Assembly (NCBI GenBank): GCA_016866975.1
Contig: VGKP01000002.1
Coordinates: forward strand, 18,866 to 82,865
Direction of reading: 5' to 3'
Source: Candidatus Pacearchaeota archaeon
GTDB lineage: Archaea; Nanobdellota; Nanobdellia; Pacearchaeales; GW2011-AR1
Length of the DNA: 64,000 nt
Part shown: in pieces, positions 61,585 through 64,000 of the stretch
Numbering within the stretch: position 1 is the stretch's first letter
How the letters are laid out: each line of letters begins with the position of its first letter
Notes under the pieces: generated by a model
Database searches by the model: none
What the model saw: the letters and a program-made list of their open reading frames with translations, nothing else
Told to the model about the DNA's origin: nothing
Position numbers and translations under genes: made by a program

Positions 61585-61773
61585 GCCCTTGTAGTCTAGC
61601 AGTCAAGGACGAGGCCCTCTCGCATCGCCGAAGTTTAAGTCGTCGAGACAATAACTTCAGTCCATCTTCGGACAGGCACTGTATTTGTTGAAGCCCACAA
61701 GGTTTCGCGCCAGTGTCTCATATAGAGACAGTGGAGAACGGCCTAAACCCGGGTGCGAATCCCGGCAGGGGCA
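61585..61773 (+). tRNA. tRNA-Glu (anticodon CUC) with 116-nt intron (61623-61738) and atypical T-loop TGCGAAT
   Basis: GCCCTTG-TA-GTCT-AGCAGTCAA-GGAC-G-AGGCC-CTCTCG[intron]C-GGCCT-AAAC-CCGGG-TGCGAAT-CCCGG-CAGGGGC-A. CTTTTAAACC box about 30 nt upstream. Confidence 0.75.
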
Positions 61774-61944
61774 TTCTTGTTTTGAATGAAACGAAAAACA
61801 GGTGCAACTGACGGCACTAAGAATTCACTCAATACCTTTTCGAATAGGGTCTTTTTTACAATGGTATCCGTACGGTTCAGACAAATTGTCTTAAACGCCC
61901 TTCTCTAAAGAAAGGTTTATAAGAATAATATTTAGTGATTTCTC

Positions 61945-62316
61945 ATGGAAGTTAAAGGTTTAGAACGGACATATAAAGAGAAAGTTGCCCACATAGAGGG
62001 AGCCAGAAAAGACTCCTTACCTGCATTGATAGGAAGGGACGATAGAGAAGGAATAGTAAATTATTTTCTACCTAATGTAGTCATGATAGCAAACAAATAC
62101 CGAGAAGATGTACCTGGAATCGATGTTATGGACATAATTGGAGGTAGATCATCAGCCATCTTTGACGTTGACGACATTCACGAATTTATAGAAAAATGTG
62201 AAAAGCAAAGTGTCCAGATCGTAATTAGACCAGTAAAACAGTTTTGGGGTAGTTGGAATGCAGTGATTGCTGATCCAGATGGAAACGAGTTCATCATAGA
62301 TCAAGAGGAAGCATAA
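61945..62316 (+). CDS. VOC (glyoxalase/bleomycin-resistance fold)-like protein
   Basis: C-terminal ..RPVKQFWGSWNAVIADPDGNEFIID matches the terminal beta-alpha-beta-beta-beta module of VOC proteins. The N-terminus is atypical. Confidence 0.5.
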   Translation: MEVKGLERTYKEKVAHIEGARKDSLPALIGRDDREGIVNYFLPNVVMIANKYREDVPGIDVMDIIGGRSSAIFDVDDIHEFIEKCEKQSVQIVIRPVKQFWGSWNAVIADPDGNEFIIDQEEA

Positions 62317-62317
62317 G

Positions 62318-62974
62318 ATGTTTAAATCAAAAAAGAGGCAGATAAACATTCCGCAATCAGAGCATGTAAAAATTGCTGCGACCATTGCATTGCTTTGGGG
62401 AAACGAATCTTTCCAGAAACCGAACATTCCAACTCATTCATTTGTTAAAGGGGTCTTGTTTCATGATAGAGGATATAAAGATTATGATAACTTCCCTGTT
62501 GGATCGCTAACAAAAAAACAGCGTAGAGATACACTCAAGAAAGGAATCTTAAAAGATAGTGGGGATATTATAGCAGATATTGTATCGCTACACCACATAA
62601 ATAGACTTATCCCTGAAGACATGAGCGATATTAGACAAATTCTAGAGAAATTTTTATCGAATAAGATGAAAAAAGTAGTTATTTCTCCGAAAGAGTTCCT
62701 CTTTGCTGATCGAATCACTGATTTCGCAGATGAAATTGCATTCTATTTTTCTTTTGAGGAAGATACTCGTGGAAGTTCAGAAGTTCTATCGAATCATAGT
62801 TCAAATAAAATTGAGAAGATTGAGTTCAACATAAAAGATAATTGCATAACGATGAGTCCATGGCCATTGTCAGTTGATTATCATGAGGGGTTTATCGTAG
62901 GGTACCAAAGAAAAGGATATCCGAAGAAACTCTCGCCTGAAATAATTCCTTTTATTTTAAAGAAAGCAAAGTAA
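62318..62974 (+). CDS. Hypothetical protein with His-rich motifs (possible HD-like metal-dependent hydrolase)
   Basis: SEHVKIAATIALLWG, VLFHDRGYKDYD, IVSLHHINR. Starts 2 nt after the upstream stop. Confidence 0.45.
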   Translation: MFKSKKRQINIPQSEHVKIAATIALLWGNESFQKPNIPTHSFVKGVLFHDRGYKDYDNFPVGSLTKKQRRDTLKKGILKDSGDIIADIVSLHHINRLIPEDMSDIRQILEKFLSNKMKKVVISPKEFLFADRITDFADEIAFYFSFEEDTRGSSEVLSNHSSNKIEKIEFNIKDNCITMSPWPLSVDYHEGFIVGYQRKGYPKKLSPEIIPFILKKAK

Positions 62975-62990
62975 TTATTAGAGATTTTCC

Positions 62991-63391
62991 TCACTTTTGA
63001 AGCATCTCTATTTTTTCTAATTCGGTGCTTGTTGGAAAATGTCCTAATTTATCTACTACTCTCTTCATTTCAGGAGAATAGTTCTTCCAATCCCTCCAAT
63101 ATCCGTTTTTAATCCTTACGATTTCTTCGCCCAATTTTTGTCTAACTTCTATATTTCCGTCTATGCTTGGCAATACCAACTTGATAGACCGATATAATCA
63201 ACGAAGTGAAAATGTTTGTGAAGTATGAGTTCAGGTATCTTGGTTAAATCTATTTTTAAAGGAACTTTTTGCTGGATACATCTATCTAAGAACCTGTCTT
63301 GAGCTCTCCCATCGTTAAATCTTGTTTTTGTTTCTTCCATATTAAATACTGCAGCCCTCAGGCTTTTTATAAAACCTTCCATACACCTCAT
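62991..63391 (-). pseudogene. Possible frameshifted gene (two overlapping ORFs 63161-63391 and 62991-63179)
   Basis: The two ORFs overlap by 19 nt in different frames. The downstream part NGYWRDWKNYSPEMKRVVDKLGHFPTSTEL resembles homing-endonuclease-associated repeats (from memory). Confidence 0.3.
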
Positions 63392-63541
63392 TTATCATGT
63401 TGTCTAAATGGGCATTGGACATACTCTTCAGAGAGCTAAAATTCATAACATAATATTTAACATATCAATCTTTATCTTGTAATTGCTTGTTATTTGCGCT
63501 TATACAGATAGAAAGGAAAAATGCAGGGATTGCAAGGTAAA

Positions 63542-63976
63542 TTATTCCTTATCTATCTTCATGTCGGGAGTTATGCAATACAGTTGAGGAGTAAGTACGA
63601 CTTGTGTTTTTTCTTTATTTGGAATAGAGTTTTTAAGCCACATCTTTACGCCCACAAGAGGAACATATTTTGGATTTCCGTATGTGATTGCGCTGTCAAT
63701 CAGATTTTCCCCCGCCTTCATCCACATATGCCCCATTCCGTTTGTAGCCACTTCATGATATGCAATGCCAGTTATAAGCTCCAAGTAAGCAGGAGCATTA
63801 GTTGAGTTCTTCATTATCTTGAGTGCTACTGCAGTAGAGGTGACTGCATGAGCTTTACAGTCAATATCATTGAAACCAAAATCCTTATGTAAAAGGTTTA
63901 TGTACGTCTCGTTATCTAGGAGTTGCTCAGTCAGTTTTATTATGCGTTGGACTGGATTGCTGTTCCTTGATTCCAA
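63542..63976 (-). CDS. Hypothetical protein (144 aa), possible papain/transglutaminase-like Cys-His fold
   Basis: DCKAHAVTSTAVALKI ... GHMWMKAG spacing resembles a Cys...His catalytic pair. Tentative. Confidence 0.45.
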   Translation of the reverse strand: MESRNSNPVQRIIKLTEQLLDNETYINLLHKDFGFNDIDCKAHAVTSTAVALKIMKNSTNAPAYLELITGIAYHEVATNGMGHMWMKAGENLIDSAITYGNPKYVPLVGVKMWLKNSIPNKEKTQVVLTPQLYCITPDMKIDKE

Positions 63977-64000
63977 TGAGAGAGTATCGCTTATTTCTGT

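Overview
AT-rich, compact archaeal chromosomal window. Evidence for archaeal origin: archaeal-type ribosomal proteins L1/P0/P1, SecE, archaeal PheRS alpha/beta, RNase P Rpp30, Ogg2-type glycosylase, intron-bearing tRNAs, and GTTTAAA-type TATA boxes about 25-30 nt upstream of start codons. Gene size and the many orphan ORFs suggest a reduced, DPANN-like genome; that is inference only. I call about 75 protein genes, 7 tRNAs (3 with introns) and several decayed genes. Main observations: (1) A dispersed, modular family of nested-hairpin repeats at 8 or more loci, all in one orientation, with compensatory stem changes. Smaller double-hairpin modules are inserted inside larger copies. One copy interrupts a HAD phosphatase gene, one probably splits a UVR-domain gene, and related motifs occur inside two tRNA introns. 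I do not recognise the family. (2) A tandem pair of PafA/Dop (Pup ligase/deamidase) family genes in an archaeal context, with no Pup-like ORF or proteasome gene visible. (3) An SMC-headed protein whose hinge is replaced by a Rad50-type CPxC zinc hook. (4) A cytidine deaminase gene with two in-frame stop codons (TAG, TGA) but a fully conserved frame. (5) A tRNA-Ser-adjacent integrase remnant followed by an SNF2 ATPase plus Zn-ribbon partner cassette, bracketed by the repeats. All function calls come from reading motifs in the supplied translations. No database search or computation was run.
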